From Luminiphilus sp. (lineage in GTDB: Bacteria > Pseudomonadota > Gammaproteobacteria > Pseudomonadales > Halieaceae), in assembly GCA_965655685.1 (NCBI GenBank), contig CBFHHL010000118.1, positions 16,696 to 80,695 of the forward strand: a DNA stretch of 64,000 bases, in the 5' to 3' direction. Every line of letters starts with the position of its first letter. Position 1 is the stretch's first letter. Both the position numbers and the translations under genes were made by a program. Below the pieces are notes generated by a model, which ran no database searches, was not told the DNA's origin, and saw only the letters and a program-made list of their open reading frames with translations. Below are positions 63,004 through 64,000 of the stretch, one piece after another.

Positions 63004-63024
63004 CTGTTTCTCGTACTTTGGGGG

Positions 63025-64000
63025 CTAGTAGCCTCTTAAACGCGCGAAGCGATCAGCGTGGTAGTGGTAGTCGCCGTAAGCTTGACGACAGACCGCCGCG
63101 CGTTTCATGAAGAAACCAATATCAAACTCGTCGGTCATACCGATACCGCCGTGCATTTGGACGCCCTCCTCGGTGGCGTTGCGAACGACCTTTGCGCATT
63201 TCGCTTTCGCCATACTCGCAAGGACAGAGCGCTTTTCACTGTTTTCATCGAGCGCCTGCAGGGCGGCGAGCACCGCAGACTTGCTGACTTCGATTTCAGC
63301 AAATAACTGTGCTGCACGGTGCTGCAAACCTTGGAAAGTGCCGATCTTACTACCAAACTGTTCTCGTTCTTTGAGGTAGCCCACTGTCCGTTCGAAGGTT
63401 TCCAGTGATATACCGAGCATCTCTGCCGCAGAGCAGGCAGCTGCAACATCGATGGTGAATTCAAGCGCTTCCGACGCACCGCCAAGGGTGCCAAGAAGAG
63501 CATCTGCGGAGATGACTACGCCCTCGAGCGTAATATCGGCCGCCCTTTGGCTATCGACAATCAACCGTGTCTCACACGACACACCTGCTGTGTCTTTCTC
63601 GACAGCGAAGACGCTCATGCCTTCATCGCCGTTGGTGACGATCAAGAGAAGGTCCGCATTGTGTCCGTCAATGACGCCACGTTTGTTTCCAGACAAGTTG
63701 AAACCACCGTCGGTTGCGGTGACTGACGTTGCGATGTCGTCTAGGTCGAAGAATCCAGATTCGTCTGCGGCGAGTACGGCGGTAAGCTCACCGGTTGCAA
63801 TACTGGGTAGGTATTTTTCTTTTTGCTGCTCGGTGCCCAGTTGATTGATTAGGCTTGCGGCAACAACCGCTGAGCTAAGGAAGGGCGACAACGCGAGCGT
63901 ACGGCCCATTTCTTCCAGTACAACCCCTGCACCCACGTAGCCGAATTCGAGCCCGGAATAGGCGTCTGGAATGACAATACCGGGCCAACCCATTTCACTC
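63025..64000 (-). CDS. Acyl-CoA dehydrogenase family protein (5' end outside the window)
   Basis: The frame stays open to the window edge (...SEMGWPGIVIPDAYSGLEFGY). The C-terminal domain has QFGSKIGTFQGLQH and GGIGMTDEFDIG. Confidence 0.8.
   Translation of the reverse strand, partial: SEMGWPGIVIPDAYSGLEFGYVGAGVVLEEMGRTLALSPFLSSAVVAASLINQLGTEQQKEKYLPSIATGELTAVLAADESGFFDLDDIATSVTATDGGFNLSGNKRGVIDGHNADLLLIVTNGDEGMSVFAVEKDTAGVSCETRLIVDSQRAADITLEGVVISADALLGTLGGASEALEFTIDVAAACSAAEMLGISLETFERTVGYLKEREQFGSKIGTFQGLQHRAAQLFAEIEVSKSAVLAALQALDENSEKRSVLASMAKAKCAKVVRNATEEGVQMHGGIGMTDEFDIGFFMKRAAVCRQAYGDYHYHADRFARLRGY

Noticed and set aside
1-64000. Search for mobile elements, prophage, CRISPR arrays, toxin-antitoxin pairs or known anti-phage defence genes.
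   Set aside because: None of the following appear in any ORF translation: integrase, transposase, recombinase, Cas, restriction-modification, abortive-infection-type ATPase or nuclease, reverse transcriptase, or short paired ORFs. I noticed no spaced direct-repeat array and no flanking tRNA or inverted repeats.

Overview
Gene-dense chromosomal segment with about 57 CDS. I found no rRNA, tRNA, CRISPR array, transposase, integrase or phage genes. By eye it is mid-to-high GC. The gene content (four TonB-dependent receptors, several sulfotransferases, BCCT, NhaC and DASS transporters) suggests a marine oligotrophic gammaproteobacterium, possibly Cellvibrionales/Halieaceae-like; this is inference only. 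Housekeeping genes are a CspA-type cold-shock protein, pykA, gor, gpsA, cysK and a valine-catabolism operon ending in mmsB. They are interspersed with accessory-looking loci. Five loci stand out. (1) 59.6-61.5 kb: a tightly packed four-gene operon of a CsoR-type repressor, a small outer-membrane barrel, a His-rich periplasmic HMA protein and a MerT-like membrane protein. Two exactly inverted 17-bp GC-tract operators lie upstream, and no MerA, MerR or P-type ATPase is present. (2) 22.9-39.1 kb: two paralogous modules, each a TonB-dependent receptor plus a cytoplasmic TPR-sulfotransferase. One has a LuxR-type regulator. The other has a second sulfotransferase, a convergent overlapping Asp/Asn beta-hydroxylase-family oxygenase and a MarR regulator. 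The two modules bracket the valine operon. (3) 46.9-55.2 kb: a secreted M14 carboxypeptidase fused to a D-aminoacylase, followed by a TonB-dependent receptor, a DASS symporter and a secreted SGNH-like esterase. (4) 4.2-6.8 kb: a TonB-dependent receptor with five His/Glu/Asp-rich insertions, preceded by a small secreted CxxCH protein. (5) Several ORF-track starts need trimming; terminators, Shine-Dalgarno sequences or signal peptides indicate downstream starts. All functional calls come from motif recognition by eye. No database search was run, so novelty cannot be asserted, only flagged.
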